A stretch of DNA of 64,000 nt. Source: Candidatus Latescibacterota bacterium (GTDB lineage Bacteria; Latescibacterota; UBA2968). Made by a program: the position numbers and the translations under genes. Of the stretch, positions 20,161 through 31,817 are shown piece after piece (within the stretch, counting starts at the first letter, position 1; each line of letters opens with the position of its first letter). The notes under the pieces were generated by a model. It saw only the letters and a list, made by a program, of their open reading frames with translations. It had not been told where the DNA came from and did not search any database. The DNA lies in assembly GCA_965207885.1 (NCBI GenBank), contig OZ242311.1:1216001-1280000 (forward strand), in the 5' to 3' direction.

Positions 20161-21951
20161 ATGGCAAAGAAAAAAGTAATATTTATGAATACAGCATTTC
20201 GCGATGGCTTCCAGTCGGTCTATGGCGCGCGCGTGTTCACGCCCGACTTTTTACCTGCGGTAGAAGCCGCACGCGACGCGGGGATTGATTATTACGAAGC
20301 CGGAGGCGGAGCGCGATTTCAATCCCTGTACTTTTATTGCAACGAAGATGCGTTTGCAATGACCGATGCATTCCGAGAAGCCGCAGGACCAGAGGCCAAT
20401 TTGCAGACCCTGGCCCGCGGCGTGAATGTAGTGGGATTGGAATCGCAGTCGAGCGACATCATCAAGCTGCACGCCGAACTGTTTAAAAAACACGGCATTA
20501 CGACCATCCGAAATTTTGATGCCCTCAACGACGTCAACAATTTGATCTACAGCGGGCAATGCATTGCAGAAGCGGGATTGCACCACCAGGTATGCGTGAC
20601 ATTGATGGAATTGCCACCCGGATGCACCGGCGCACACGACGCGGATTTTTATGAACAAACACTCCGCGAAATTTTAGATGCCGATATTCCATATCACTCC
20701 GTGTGTTTCAAAGATGCCTCAGGTACAGCCGTGCCGGCAAAAGTATATGAGACCATTAAACGGGCGCGCCAACTGCTGCCCGACGACACATTTATCCACT
20801 TTCACACCCATGAAACGGCCGGGATCAGCGTACAGGCCAATCTGGCAGCGTTGGAAGCGGGAGCCGATGCCATAGACCTGTCCCTGGCACCGTGTTCTGG
20901 AGGCACCTGCCAGCCCGATATCCTGGTAATGTGGCACGCACTACGTGGCACAGATTACGACCTGGACATCGACATAGAGAAAGTCCGCGACGCCGAGGAA
21001 GTATTTAAAGAATGCATGGCGGATTACTTTTTGCCACCAGAAGCTACGGCAGTCGAACCCATGATCCCCTGGAGTCCCATGCCGGGTGGCGCGCTCACGG
21101 CCAATACGCAGATGTTGCGAGACAATGGCATTATGGACAAATATCCCGACATGATCAAAGCCATGGGCGACGTAGTCGCACGAGGCGGTTTTGGCACATC
21201 TGTCACACCCGTATCGCAATTCTATTTTCAACAGGCATTTAACAATGTGATGTTTGGACCCTGGGAAAGAATCGCCGAACCTTATGGACAGATGGTACTC
21301 GGCTATTTTGGCAAAACCCCTGTACCCCCCGACCCCGAAATTGTGAAAATTGCGGCAAATCAGTTGGGACTTGAACCCACAGACCAGCCGCCTCTTGAAC
21401 GCAATGATGCCGATCCCGAAAAAGGGAGAGACGCCGCGAAGAAACTGTTGGACGCCGAGAGAATTGAGGCGACGGACGAGAACATCTTTATCGTAGCGAC
21501 GTGCGGCGATAAGGGAATGGATTTCTTGAAAGGCAATGCGGAAATTGGCGTACGGAAAATAGAAAAACAGGATGACGCACCCGTGCCAGTTGCCGACGGC
21601 GCAGCAGAATACAAGCTACAGGTCAACGGCAAATCCGTGCGCGTGCAAATCGACGGCAACATCGCCACCGTAAATGGCACAGCTTATACAGTGGATATAG
21701 AAGATACGGTATCTACACAGGTATCAACACCCGCAAATGCCGAATCCGTAAGCGCGCAAATGCCCGGAAAAGTCATTCGGATTTTAAAACACACAGGGGA
21801 TCAAGTCCAGGCCGGCGAAGCGATCCTCATTCTGGAAGCCATGAAAATGGAAGTCCAGATCACCTCTCCAAATGCTGGCACAGTCGTCGAAATGCCCGTC
21901 AACGTCGGCGATCAAGTATCCAATGGCCAGACGCTTGCGATGGTAGGGTAA
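20161..21951 (+). CDS. oadA: Oxaloacetate decarboxylase alpha / pyruvate carboxylase B-type subunit with biotinyl domain
   Basis: FRDGFQS, FKDASG, HFHTH, MPGG, VTPVSQ and C-terminal EAMKM biotin site. Confidence 0.9.
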   Translation: MAKKKVIFMNTAFRDGFQSVYGARVFTPDFLPAVEAARDAGIDYYEAGGGARFQSLYFYCNEDAFAMTDAFREAAGPEANLQTLARGVNVVGLESQSSDIIKLHAELFKKHGITTIRNFDALNDVNNLIYSGQCIAEAGLHHQVCVTLMELPPGCTGAHDADFYEQTLREILDADIPYHSVCFKDASGTAVPAKVYETIKRARQLLPDDTFIHFHTHETAGISVQANLAALEAGADAIDLSLAPCSGGTCQPDILVMWHALRGTDYDLDIDIEKVRDAEEVFKECMADYFLPPEATAVEPMIPWSPMPGGALTANTQMLRDNGIMDKYPDMIKAMGDVVARGGFGTSVTPVSQFYFQQAFNNVMFGPWERIAEPYGQMVLGYFGKTPVPPDPEIVKIAANQLGLEPTDQPPLERNDADPEKGRDAAKKLLDAERIEATDENIFIVATCGDKGMDFLKGNAEIGVRKIEKQDDAPVPVADGAAEYKLQVNGKSVRVQIDGNIATVNGTAYTVDIEDTVSTQVSTPANAESVSAQMPGKVIRILKHTGDQVQAGEAILILEAMKMEVQITSPNAGTVVEMPVNVGDQVSNGQTLAMVG

Positions 21952-21961
21952 AACGCCTCCC

Positions 21962-22705
21962 TTAAATCGCCGCGACATCGCCTGCCCAAATCTCACTCAC
22001 CTGACCATCTGGCTCGCGTAACAAAAGCTGGCCGCAGTCGCCAAACCCCGCGAGAACGCCCGTTTTCACGTCATCGCCTTCGCCAACCGAAATCTCCTCA
22101 CCAATATAAACACAGCGGTGCTCCCATGCGGTGCGAAGAGCTGGAAAACCCTCGCTTTCCCAACGATCAATCCACGGGGCAGTGGATGAGAGAACTTGTT
22201 CGAGAACTTGTTCGAGATCGTACTCGCGTCCCGTTTCAAGACGCATAGAAGTAACGGGACGGTCGATAAGCGCCGCGGTCGTCGCATCCATATTCACGTT
22301 GAGACCAATACCAATGACAATTGCCGTACCATCGGGTTGTTTTTTGTCGCTGCGCTCAAGGAGCATACCGCAAATTTTGGCACCGTCGATCAAAACATCG
22401 TTGGGCCACTTGGTTTGCGTACTTATACCATAAATTTTCAGCGCATCGGATACACCCAGAGAAATAGCAATGGGAATAGAAGTCAATTGGGAAAACGCGG
22501 CTCTTGTAATGAGAAGAAAGGAAAACGTCAGATTCTCATTGGCCTGCGCGATCCATTGGCGCTGGTAACGCCCCCGCCCAGCAGTTTGCTCCCGCGCAGC
22601 CAGGACAAAGCCAGACGCAAGCCTCTCACCTCTATATAGACGCTGAAGAAGGTGCGTATTGGTCGAAGCGAGTTGCTCGTGCCATTCGGGGGGTAGAAAA
22701 TTCAT
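21962..22705 (-). CDS. birA: Biotin--protein ligase (no N-terminal HTH)
   Basis: STNT, QTAGRGR, KWPND, KICGML and GIGLNV motifs; converges on oadA. Confidence 0.93.
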   Translation of the reverse strand: MNFLPPEWHEQLASTNTHLLQRLYRGERLASGFVLAAREQTAGRGRYQRQWIAQANENLTFSFLLITRAAFSQLTSIPIAISLGVSDALKIYGISTQTKWPNDVLIDGAKICGMLLERSDKKQPDGTAIVIGIGLNVNMDATTAALIDRPVTSMRLETGREYDLEQVLEQVLSSTAPWIDRWESEGFPALRTAWEHRCVYIGEEISVGEGDDVKTGVLAGFGDCGQLLLREPDGQVSEIWAGDVAAI

Positions 22706-22779
22706 ATAATAAAACCTGATCTCGTATGCTTAAGTCTATCTCATAGGACAGAACCCGTATATCTCCTCACCACCGTATC

Positions 22780-22808
22780 TTGACAATAGAATGGAAATAA
22801 CACATACT
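22780..22808 (+). promoter_or_regulatory. Sigma70 promoter of the yej operon
   Basis: TTGACA-17 bp-CATACT, followed by hairpin AGGGCAGA...TCTGCCCT (22814-22849). Confidence 0.55.
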
Positions 22809-22883
22809 TCACAAGGGCAGACGTAGAGGCAAAACTGTGTATCTGCCCTCTTTCTTGAACATTTTAACAATAGGAGCCTGCTC

Positions 22884-24716
22884 ATGAAAACTATTTTATT
22901 CGCGCTGGTATTGAGTTTGTTGGTTGTCGCAATGCCATTGGCAGATCAGCCCAATTACAAGGGTCACGCGATTTCGATGTACGGCGACTTAAAATACGGG
23001 CCTGACTTCAAGCACTTCGACTATGCCAACCCCAATGCGCCCAAGGGCGGTACCGTGAAAAGGAGTGCCGGCGGCACCTATGATTGCTTGAATCAATTCA
23101 TCCTCAAAGGCGTGTCGGCTTATGGCTTGGGGTTGATCTACGATTCATTGACAGAGCGTTCACTGGACGAGCCTTTCTCGGAATACGGTTTGCTTGCAGA
23201 GTCGATAGAAGTGCCCCCTGACCGCTCATGGACACTCTTCACACTGCGCTCTGGCGCGCGGTGGCACGATGGCAAACCCATTACTCCAGAAGATGTCGTC
23301 TTTACTTTTGAAACAATTCAAACCAAAGGCCACCCTTTTTATCGAAATTATTATGCGGATATCAAACAGATTGAAAAGGTTGGCGACCGGCAGGTAAAAT
23401 TCACATTTGGCGGAAAGGACAATCGGGAATTGCCCCTCATTGTCGGACAAATGGCGATCTTGCCCAAACACTATTGGGAAGGCAAAAATTTTGAAGAAAC
23501 AACACTGGAACCGCCCCTCGGCAGCGGACCTTACAAAATTGAAGCACATGAACCCGGGCGTTCGATCACATATCGGCGCGTCGAAAATTATTGGGGCACT
23601 GATCTGTCCATAAAAAAAGGGCGCTATAATCCAGACGTCATTCACTACGATTATTACAAAGACAGTACCGTAGCAACCGAAGCACAAAAAGGCGGTGAAT
23701 TTGATTTTGCATTGCAAAACAACTCCAAGTCGTGGGCAACCGCGTACGATATTCCGGCTGTAGCCGAAGGCAGACTGATTAAGGAATTAATCCCACACGA
23801 AAATGGCACCGGGATGCAGGGATTCTGGTTTAACACACGACGCAGCAAATTTGCCGACCCCAAAGTGCGACACGCGCTGGCTCATGCATTTGATTTTGAA
23901 TGGACCAATACAAATCTGTTCTACGGGCAATACGCGCGTTCAACGAGTTATTTTTCCAACACAGAACTCGCCTCATCGGGACTGCTCCAGGGGCAGGAAC
24001 TCGAAATATTAGAAGCATTTCGCGGACAGATACCCGAAGAAGTATTCACCTCAGAATACAAACCACCCACAACAGATGGATCGGGCAATATTCGCCAGAA
24101 TTTGCGCGTGGCCACACGGATGTTGAAAGCAGCCGGATGGTCGGTCAAAGAAGGGAAGCTCACCAACGATGCATCGGGCGAGACAATGATAATTGAATTT
24201 TTAATCAACAACTCGCCCTCCTGGGAGCGCATTGTAGGACCGTACATTCAAAACCTGGAGCGACTCGGCGTAGAAGCGGCAATTAAAATTGTGGATACAT
24301 CGCAATATCAAAATCGCATTCAAGAATACGATTTTGATGCTATTGTAAGCCTCAGAGGACAATCGCTAAGCCCCGGCAACGAACAGCGCAATTACTGGAC
24401 ATCGGCAGCTGCGGATGAACCCGGTACGAGAAATTACGCGGGCATCAAAGACCCCGTCGTAGATACCTTGATAGATCAGCTAATCAACGCACCCGATAGA
24501 AAAACCCTCGTATCGACCACCCGCGCACTGGACCGCGTCCTCCTGTGGGGTCACTATGTGGTACCGCACTGGCATATCCGCGCACACCGCGTGGTGTACT
24601 GGAACAAGTTCGGCAAACCCGATATTTCGCCCAGGTACCTGCCGCAACCCTGGCAATATTTCCCCGATACGTGGTGGGTTGATGCTACAAAAGAAGAGGC
24701 CTTAAAGAAAAATTAA
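22884..24716 (+). CDS. yejA: Peptide ABC transporter substrate-binding protein (YejA-like)
   Basis: Signal peptide; [34 protein letters not shown] and [10 protein letters not shown] motifs. Confidence 0.9.
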   Translation: MKTILFALVLSLLVVAMPLADQPNYKGHAISMYGDLKYGPDFKHFDYANPNAPKGGTVKRSAGGTYDCLNQFILKGVSAYGLGLIYDSLTERSLDEPFSEYGLLAESIEVPPDRSWTLFTLRSGARWHDGKPITPEDVVFTFETIQTKGHPFYRNYYADIKQIEKVGDRQVKFTFGGKDNRELPLIVGQMAILPKHYWEGKNFEETTLEPPLGSGPYKIEAHEPGRSITYRRVENYWGTDLSIKKGRYNPDVIHYDYYKDSTVATEAQKGGEFDFALQNNSKSWATAYDIPAVAEGRLIKELIPHENGTGMQGFWFNTRRSKFADPKVRHALAHAFDFEWTNTNLFYGQYARSTSYFSNTELASSGLLQGQELEILEAFRGQIPEEVFTSEYKPPTTDGSGNIRQNLRVATRMLKAAGWSVKEGKLTNDASGETMIIEFLINNSPSWERIVGPYIQNLERLGVEAAIKIVDTSQYQNRIQEYDFDAIVSLRGQSLSPGNEQRNYWTSAAADEPGTRNYAGIKDPVVDTLIDQLINAPDRKTLVSTTRALDRVLLWGHYVVPHWHIRAHRVVYWNKFGKPDISPRYLPQPWQYFPDTWWVDATKEEALKKN

Positions 24717-24721
24717 GTGTC

Positions 24722-25828
24722 ATGGGATCCTATATTTTAAGACGCTTTTTGCTATTCTTCCCAACGCTACTCGGCGTCATGGTGATCAATTTTCTGATCA
24801 TTCAAGCCGCGCCTGGCGGGCCTGTTGAGCAAGCCATCGCACAGATACAGGGCCACGATGTGGATGCGTCTGCCCGCGTAGGCGGCGATGGCGGCGAACT
24901 ATCCTCATCTCAAATCCAGCGACAGCGCAGTGGGGGATCAACGAGCAAATACCGCGGCGCGCAGGGGCTTGACCCCGAACTAATCGCGGAATTGGAGCGG
25001 ATGTATGGCTTTGACAAACCGGCTCATGAACGCTTCTATCAGATGATGGTGCGCTATTTGCAATTCGACTTTGGCGAAAGTTTTTATCGCGACCAAACCG
25101 TTATCGATATCGTCCTGGACAAAATGCCCGTATCGATTTCCCTCGGCTTGTGGACGACATTACTCGTTTACTTGATCTCGATTCCACTGGGCGTAACCAA
25201 AGCCGTGCGCGACGGATCCAGATTCGACATATGGACTTCGGGCGTGATCGTCATAGGCAATGCCGTGCCGGGATTTATGTTTGCGATCTTCTTAATCGTG
25301 TTATTTGCCGGTGGCAGTTATTTCGACTTTTTTCCACTGCGGGGATTGACCTCCCCCGAATGGGACCAGTTTGGCTTATTTCACAAAATCACCGATTATT
25401 TCTGGCACCTCGCACTGCCCATCGCATCCATGGTAATTGGTGGATTTGCCGGATTGACCCTCTTGACAAAAAATTCGTTTCTGGACGAAATCAACAAACA
25501 ATACGTCATGACGGCACGGGCAAAGGGATTGGAAGAGCACCGCGTATTGTACGGGCACGTTTTTCGCAATGCCATGCTAATCGTGATCGCGGGATTCCCG
25601 AGTGCATTTGTCAACATCTTATTCACGGGTTCACTACTGACCGAGATAATCTTTTCGCTCGATGGCCTGGGCCTCCTGGGCTATGAAGCCACAGTCAACC
25701 GCGATTACCCGATCATGTTTGCCACGCTTTACTTTTTTACCTTGCTGGGATTGATAATGCAACTGGTAAGTGACTTGACTTATACACTGATAGATCCGAG
25801 GATTGATTTTGAAAGCAGAGAAGTATAG
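24722..25828 (+). CDS. yejB: Peptide ABC transporter permease YejB
   Basis: [26 protein letters not shown] and TARAKGL motifs. Confidence 0.92.
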   Translation: MGSYILRRFLLFFPTLLGVMVINFLIIQAAPGGPVEQAIAQIQGHDVDASARVGGDGGELSSSQIQRQRSGGSTSKYRGAQGLDPELIAELERMYGFDKPAHERFYQMMVRYLQFDFGESFYRDQTVIDIVLDKMPVSISLGLWTTLLVYLISIPLGVTKAVRDGSRFDIWTSGVIVIGNAVPGFMFAIFLIVLFAGGSYFDFFPLRGLTSPEWDQFGLFHKITDYFWHLALPIASMVIGGFAGLTLLTKNSFLDEINKQYVMTARAKGLEEHRVLYGHVFRNAMLIVIAGFPSAFVNILFTGSLLTEIIFSLDGLGLLGYEATVNRDYPIMFATLYFFTLLGLIMQLVSDLTYTLIDPRIDFESREV

Positions 25829-26909
25829 CACTCGAACCGAGCGCGAAGATCGATTTTTGGGTTTTCGAATTTCGAGCCTTACGCGCCGACGCCTGGACAA
25901 TTTTAGGGCAAATCGACGTGGCTATTATAGCCTGTGGATATTTCTCGTTCTATTCGGATTGAGCCTACCAGCAGAATTTATCGCCAATGACAAACCCCTT
26001 TTGGTCCGGCACAAGGGGGCGTTTTATTTGCCCGTCTTAAAAGCCTATCCCGAAACGCTTTTTGGCGGCGACTTTGAAACCGAAGCCGAGTACCGCGATC
26101 CATTTGTAAAAGAATTAATTGAAAAAGACGGATGGATCATCTGGCCCCTGGTACCATTTCGCTACGATACAATCAACTACGACCTCAAGCACCCAGCCCC
26201 TGCACCGCCTTCTATACAAAACTATCTGGGCACCGATGATCAGGCACGCGATGTAACTGCACGATTGATCTACGGATTTCGGTTATCGGTCTTATTTGCC
26301 CTCGCGCTCACGGCATTTAGTTCTGTGGTAGGCATTGCAGCCGGCGCAGTACAGGGCTATCTGGGAGGATGGGTCGATCTCATTTTTCAAAGATTTATCG
26401 AAATTTGGGGCGGGTTACCAACCCTGTTTATCCTCATTATTATCGCCAGCATTATTGAGCCAACTTTCTGGACGCTCTTAATTATTATGCTACTATTTTC
26501 ATGGATGCGCCTGGTCGGCGTGGTGCGAGCCGAATTTTTGCGGGCACGCAATTTTGATTTTGTACGCGCCGCACGCGCTCTGGGAGTCAATGACTTGACA
26601 ATTATGTGGCGACACGTTTTGCCCAATGCCATGGTGGCAACACTGACCTTCTTGCCCTTTGTGCTCGTGGGATCTGTCACGGTATTGACCTCGCTGGACT
26701 TTCTCGGTTTTGGCCTTCCGCCCCCCTCTCCCTCGCTGGGAGAATTGCTCAACCAAGGCAAACGCAATCTGCAGGCCCCCTGGCTGGGTCTATCCGGATT
26801 TTTTATTCTTGCAATTATGTTATCGCTACTCGTATTTATCGGCGAGGCCGTGCGCGATGCATTTGATGTCCGCAAGACCCTGTCGCAAACGGAGGGCAAG
26901 AGCGCGTGA
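25803..26909 (+). CDS. yejE: Peptide ABC transporter permease YejE (start uncertain)
   Basis: [30 protein letters not shown] and SLGELL.QGK.NLQAPWL motifs. Confidence 0.9.
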   Translation: MILKAEKYSTRTEREDRFLGFRISSLTRRRLDNFRANRRGYYSLWIFLVLFGLSLPAEFIANDKPLLVRHKGAFYLPVLKAYPETLFGGDFETEAEYRDPFVKELIEKDGWIIWPLVPFRYDTINYDLKHPAPAPPSIQNYLGTDDQARDVTARLIYGFRLSVLFALALTAFSSVVGIAAGAVQGYLGGWVDLIFQRFIEIWGGLPTLFILIIIASIIEPTFWTLLIIMLLFSWMRLVGVVRAEFLRARNFDFVRAARALGVNDLTIMWRHVLPNAMVATLTFLPFVLVGSVTVLTSLDFLGFGLPPPSPSLGELLNQGKRNLQAPWLGLSGFFILAIMLSLLVFIGEAVRDAFDVRKTLSQTEGKSA

Positions 26910-28522
26910 GCTTGCTATACGTTCAAAATTTGGGCGTGCATTTCCAGCTCGAAGACCAGGTCGTCGAAGCTGTGCGCGGCGTATCGTTTCACATTGAAAA
27001 AGGTGAAACCATTGCACTGGTAGGCGAATCGGGATCGGGCAAATCCGTCTCGGCACTTTCCGTAATGCAATTGCTGCCCTATCCACGCGCCTCGCATCCA
27101 CACGGCAGCGTACAATTTGACGGAGAGGAAATGCTGGGCGCGCCGCAAGAGCGACTGCAACAACTGCGCGGCGACCGCATTGCGATGATTTTTCAAGAGC
27201 CGATGACCTCCTTGAATCCGCTGCATACAATTGAGAAACAAATCGGCGAAACCCTGATGTTGCACCGCAAAATGACGCGGGCGCAAGCGCGTGAACACAC
27301 GATAGACTTATTGCAAAAAGTACACTTGCCCGACCCCGAAACGCGCCTCAAATCCTATCCCCACCAGCTATCGGGCGGTCAACGCCAACGCGTAATGATC
27401 GCCATGGCCCTGGCCAATGAGCCGGATTTGCTAATTGCCGATGAACCTACAACTGCGCTGGATGTGACGATTCAAGCGCAGATTTTAAAATTGCTCAAAG
27501 ACCTGCAAGACGAATTTGGCATGGCGATTTTGCTCATCACACACGACCTGACAATCGTGCGCCATGTAGCGGATCGCGTCTATGTAATGACACAGGGAAA
27601 AATTGTAGAAGAAGGAGACACCGCGCGCATCTTCGAGCAGCCGCAACACACCTATACACAAAAACTTCTAAATGCACAGCCAAAGGGAACAGCAACCGCG
27701 CTGAACGGATCGACACCCATCGTGATCGAGGCGGATAATCTGAAAGTGTGGTTTCCTATTCAGCGGGGATTTTTGCGGCGAACCATCGGGCATATAAAAG
27801 CCGTAGATGGCATTTCAGTAACCATTCGCGCCGGACATACCGTCGGCGTTGTCGGCGAGTCCGGATCGGGCAAAACAACACTGGGATTGGCCCTCTTGCG
27901 ATTGCTGAGCAGTCAGGGACCAATTGAGTTTAACGGACAGGGCATTCAGGGCCTGCCGAGCAAAGTACTGCGCCCCTTGAGGCGAGAGATGCAAATTGTT
28001 TTTCAAGATCCCTTTGGATCCTTAAGCCCGCGCCTATCGGTCTTTCACATTATTGCCGAGGGATTGCGGGTTCACAACATGGGAGACAGCGATCACAAAC
28101 GCCGAGACCTCGTAGCAGAAATAATGGATGAAGTAGGGCTTGAACCCGAAATGATGGACCGGTTTCCACACGAGTTCTCGGGCGGCCAACGGCAGCGCAT
28201 TGCCATAGCACGCGCCATGGTATTGCGCCCCCGATTTGTGGTCCTGGACGAACCCACAAGCGCGCTGGACATGACTGTGCAGTCGCAAATTATCGACTTG
28301 CTTCGGCGCTTGCAAAAAGATCACGATCTGGCTTATTTATTTATCAGCCACGACTTGCGGGTCGTGCGCGCACTCGCCAATGAACTCGTCGTGATGAAGG
28401 ACGGCGTCGTTGTAGAACACGGCGCAACAGAAACCGTATTTGCAAATCCACTAACAGATTATACGCGGGAATTGATTACAGCGGCATTTGATATCGATGT
28501 TGTCGATGGGGAGGTCCAATGA
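26906..28522 (+). CDS. yejF: Peptide ABC transporter dual-domain ATPase YejF
   Basis: Two GESGSGK Walker A motifs, LSGGQRQR / FSGGQRQR and DEPT. Confidence 0.92.
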   Translation: MSLLYVQNLGVHFQLEDQVVEAVRGVSFHIEKGETIALVGESGSGKSVSALSVMQLLPYPRASHPHGSVQFDGEEMLGAPQERLQQLRGDRIAMIFQEPMTSLNPLHTIEKQIGETLMLHRKMTRAQAREHTIDLLQKVHLPDPETRLKSYPHQLSGGQRQRVMIAMALANEPDLLIADEPTTALDVTIQAQILKLLKDLQDEFGMAILLITHDLTIVRHVADRVYVMTQGKIVEEGDTARIFEQPQHTYTQKLLNAQPKGTATALNGSTPIVIEADNLKVWFPIQRGFLRRTIGHIKAVDGISVTIRAGHTVGVVGESGSGKTTLGLALLRLLSSQGPIEFNGQGIQGLPSKVLRPLRREMQIVFQDPFGSLSPRLSVFHIIAEGLRVHNMGDSDHKRRDLVAEIMDEVGLEPEMMDRFPHEFSGGQRQRIAIARAMVLRPRFVVLDEPTSALDMTVQSQIIDLLRRLQKDHDLAYLFISHDLRVVRALANELVVMKDGVVVEHGATETVFANPLTDYTRELITAAFDIDVVDGEVQ

Positions 28523-29493
28523 ATCAACTCGTCAATCAAAACGGTCAAATTATTCCGCTCACTTCGCTGACAGAGTGGAAAGAAAAGCGCGCAAAAATTC
28601 TCGAAGCAGCGCAAAAAATAATGGGTCCTTTACCGGAAGACGAGAAGCGATGTCCCCTCGCCGTGGATCTGGTAGAAGAAGTGGATTGCGGGACGTATAT
28701 CAGGCGAATGATCACCTACGCCGCAGAACCCGGCGACCGCGCACGGGCGTATCTGCTAATCCCAAAACAGGCGTTGGATGGTCATGAATGTCCAGCCGCC
28801 TTGTGTCCACACCCAACGCATGCGACATTGGGATACAAAACCGTCGTGGGACTGGGCGACCGCCCCAATCGGGCTTATGCCAGCGAATTGGCCGAACGCG
28901 GCTTTGTCACCATCGCACCGTCCTATCCCATGCTCGCGGAATATTGGCCCGATGTATTCGGTCTGGGCTATGAAAGTGGAACCATGAAGGCGATATGGGA
29001 CAATATCCGGGCGATTGATTTACTGGAAACACTACCGTATGTAAAGCGGGGATCCATCGGGGCAATCGGGCACTCTCTGGGCGGACACAACTCGGTCTAT
29101 ACCGCTGTTTTTGAGCCGCGCATCGGCGTTGTGATATCGAGTTGTGGACTGGATTCTTACATAGACTACAAAGACGGTAATCTCGCTGGATGGACGCAAG
29201 ATCGGTACATGCCCAAATTGAAAAATTACGCCCATCGGCTGTGGGATATACCCTTTGATTTTCACGACTTAATCGCGGCATTGGCACCCCGACCCTGTTT
29301 TATTGCCGCGCCTTTGCGCGATAGCAATTTCAAATGGCAAAGTGTAGATGCCGTTGTCAACGCAGCCACTCGCGTGTACGAACTTTACTATGCAACAGAA
29401 AATCTGATTGTCGAACACCCCGATTGCGAGCACGATTTTCCCAATGCCATGCGCGAACAGGCGTATCAATTATTTGAAAAACACCTTGGATAA
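28519..29493 (+). CDS. Alpha/beta hydrolase (dienelactone hydrolase / acetylxylan esterase-like)
   Basis: GHSLGG nucleophile elbow, IAALAPRP, HDFP. Confidence 0.85.
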   Translation: MNQLVNQNGQIIPLTSLTEWKEKRAKILEAAQKIMGPLPEDEKRCPLAVDLVEEVDCGTYIRRMITYAAEPGDRARAYLLIPKQALDGHECPAALCPHPTHATLGYKTVVGLGDRPNRAYASELAERGFVTIAPSYPMLAEYWPDVFGLGYESGTMKAIWDNIRAIDLLETLPYVKRGSIGAIGHSLGGHNSVYTAVFEPRIGVVISSCGLDSYIDYKDGNLAGWTQDRYMPKLKNYAHRLWDIPFDFHDLIAALAPRPCFIAAPLRDSNFKWQSVDAVVNAATRVYELYYATENLIVEHPDCEHDFPNAMREQAYQLFEKHLG

Positions 29494-29505
29494 CTCGAGA
29501 GACCC

Positions 29506-30795
29506 ATGCAAAGCAAAGTCGCTGTCCTCCGCACATCGCCGCGTACCGTTTTTGAAGACTACCACCGCCTGCTCAATCTGGCGGATTACCAAAATATAAT
29601 TGCCAAAGAGGTGGAAACCGCGCTCAAAATCAATATTTCCTGGCACTTCTTTTTCCCCGGATGTTCCACAACACCGTGGCAACTCGACGGTGTTATCCGC
29701 GCCATGAAACGGGATGGCTACGATCCCGACCTCATTCACGGCTGCCACAACCGAACCGTGGTCATCGACGCGCGTTTGGGCGAAAAAGAAAACAAACACC
29801 TCCCCGTCATCGAAGCGCACGGCTTGAGAAATATACATCTCTACGAAGGCGAAGAATGGATCAACGTACGCGATGCAGTCGGCGACCTCACCGAAAAATT
29901 TCTCTGCCTGAACGAAGTCTATCCCAAAGGTTTTCACATTCCCAAACGCTTTATCGATGAAAACATCATCCATTTTCCCACCGTCAAAACCCACGTCTTT
30001 ACCACCACCACAGGCGCCATGAAAAACGCCTTTGGCGGCCTGCTCAACGAACGCCGTCACTGGACCCACCCGGTCATTCACGAAACCCTCGTCGATCTGC
30101 TCATGATTCAAAAGAAAATCCACCGCGGTGTCTTTGCAGTCATGGACGGCACCTTTGCAGGCGATGGCCCCGGTCCGCGCTGTATGATCCCCCACACCAA
30201 AAACGTCATCCTCGCCAGTGCCGACCAGGTCGCCATTGACGCAGTCGCCGCCAAAATGATGGGCTTTGACCCACTTTCAATCAAATACATCCGCATAGCA
30301 CACGACCTGGGCCTGGGATGCGGGGATCCCACCCAAATCGAAATTGTGGGCGATTTGGACGCCGCAGAAGAGAATTGGGACTTTGTTGGCCCGTACAAAA
30401 AAATGACCTTTGCCTCTAAAATGCAGCACAAGATCTACTGGGGGAGCCTCAAAAAACCCATCGAATGGTCGCTCAAAACCATCCTCGCACCCTGGGCTTA
30501 TATGGCTTCGGTGCTCTACCACGACAGTTTCTGGTATCCTTTTCATGCTAAAAATAAAATGCAAGATGTACTAAACAGCGACTGGGGCCGCCTCTTCCGC
30601 AACTGGGAACACCTCACCCCCAACGCACAGGGCTTTCCCGACGTAGGCGACACCTCTGCAAAACTCAAAAAAACGAACCTGCAAGCCCTGAGGGATTCAT
30701 TCGGCATCTTGCGCGATTGTATTGTCGAAGCCCCCGAATTCATCCAGTCGCGCAAAAGAGAAAACACCCTGCACACCCATGACCGAAAACATTAA
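29506..30795 (+). CDS. DUF362-domain protein
   Basis: LKIN, PTVKTH, TGAMKN.FG, GDGPGP and DQVAIDAV..KMMG.DP motifs. Confidence 0.8.
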   Translation: MQSKVAVLRTSPRTVFEDYHRLLNLADYQNIIAKEVETALKINISWHFFFPGCSTTPWQLDGVIRAMKRDGYDPDLIHGCHNRTVVIDARLGEKENKHLPVIEAHGLRNIHLYEGEEWINVRDAVGDLTEKFLCLNEVYPKGFHIPKRFIDENIIHFPTVKTHVFTTTTGAMKNAFGGLLNERRHWTHPVIHETLVDLLMIQKKIHRGVFAVMDGTFAGDGPGPRCMIPHTKNVILASADQVAIDAVAAKMMGFDPLSIKYIRIAHDLGLGCGDPTQIEIVGDLDAAEENWDFVGPYKKMTFASKMQHKIYWGSLKKPIEWSLKTILAPWAYMASVLYHDSFWYPFHAKNKMQDVLNSDWGRLFRNWEHLTPNAQGFPDVGDTSAKLKKTNLQALRDSFGILRDCIVEAPEFIQSRKRENTLHTHDRKH

Positions 30796-31756
30796 CCGCT
30801 TATTCCGCGACAAACTGCCGGAACAGCGCATTGCAAAAATCGAACCGCTCTCTGAAACTCGGGCGCACACAGTCTGGAAAGTCACGACGGACCACTCGGT
30901 ATTTGCTGTAAAACACCACCTCTTTGCATCGCTCACCCGCGGCAAACCATATCACTTGCTCGCCGTTGAACAAAAAGTCACGAACCATCTCCTCGCCAAT
31001 GGCGCCCCGGTCCCCCGCATCATAGCGACCGACCACGACCTCGTCATCTACGAATGGTGTGGCAATCACACCCTTGACGACATCTGCCAGACCACTGCCC
31101 CCAGCCCATTCGCGCACAGCATCATCAACACCCTTTGCGCGCTTGAAAAAGCCTTTTGCAAACACAGCGCCAAATTCATCCCGCACATTGCGCCCGGATG
31201 TAGCGCGGATGAATTGCGAAAACAGTGGCATAGCACCACCCAATCACTCACAGAAACGCTTCCATCACTCGTACGCGACCCAAATGCCTCAGATCTTCCA
31301 TCAACCTGGGAAACCCTCGTAAACGAACTCATCCACGCACCGCCAGTAATCGGTCCCACCGACTACAACGCCCGCAACATCGCGTGTCCAAATCCAGAAA
31401 CAGCAACCGTTCTCGAACTCGCCAAAATTGGCTATGACTGGCCCGAACGCCGCCTGGTACAATACACGACATCGCTCGGCGCGCACAATCCCCGCGGTCG
31501 CATCATTGGCCTTCTCACACCAGCGCTTGCGCAATACTACGCACATCTTGCATCAAAATTGTACTCGACCCCGATCAAAACCATCCTCCTGCGCCTCGAT
31601 GCACATCACCTCATCTATCACCTGTTCGCAGCCCATATATGCCTGACAACGCCACACTGGCAAAATATCAAAACCCGCCTGGCACAACACAAAAGTCATA
31701 TATCCCAGCCCCTGTCCGACCACCCCCTGGTGAACAAATTCCGCGCGTATTTTTAA
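30779..31756 (+). CDS. Aminoglycoside phosphotransferase-like kinase
   Basis: FAVK, PVPRII and degenerate catalytic loop PTDYNARNI. Confidence 0.55.
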   Translation: MTENINRLFRDKLPEQRIAKIEPLSETRAHTVWKVTTDHSVFAVKHHLFASLTRGKPYHLLAVEQKVTNHLLANGAPVPRIIATDHDLVIYEWCGNHTLDDICQTTAPSPFAHSIINTLCALEKAFCKHSAKFIPHIAPGCSADELRKQWHSTTQSLTETLPSLVRDPNASDLPSTWETLVNELIHAPPVIGPTDYNARNIACPNPETATVLELAKIGYDWPERRLVQYTTSLGAHNPRGRIIGLLTPALAQYYAHLASKLYSTPIKTILLRLDAHHLIYHLFAAHICLTTPHWQNIKTRLAQHKSHISQPLSDHPLVNKFRAYF

Positions 31757-31789
31757 AAAATAAAGGCGATCCCATTTCCTGGGACCGCC
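31755..31789 (-). terminator. Rho-independent terminator of glnB-glnE
   Basis: On the minus strand, GGCGGTCCCA-ggaaa-TGGGATCGCC followed by TTTATTTTTT; lies between convergent genes. Confidence 0.7.
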
Positions 31790-31817
31790 ATTCCTATCCG
31801 TACAGCATACCCTGCAC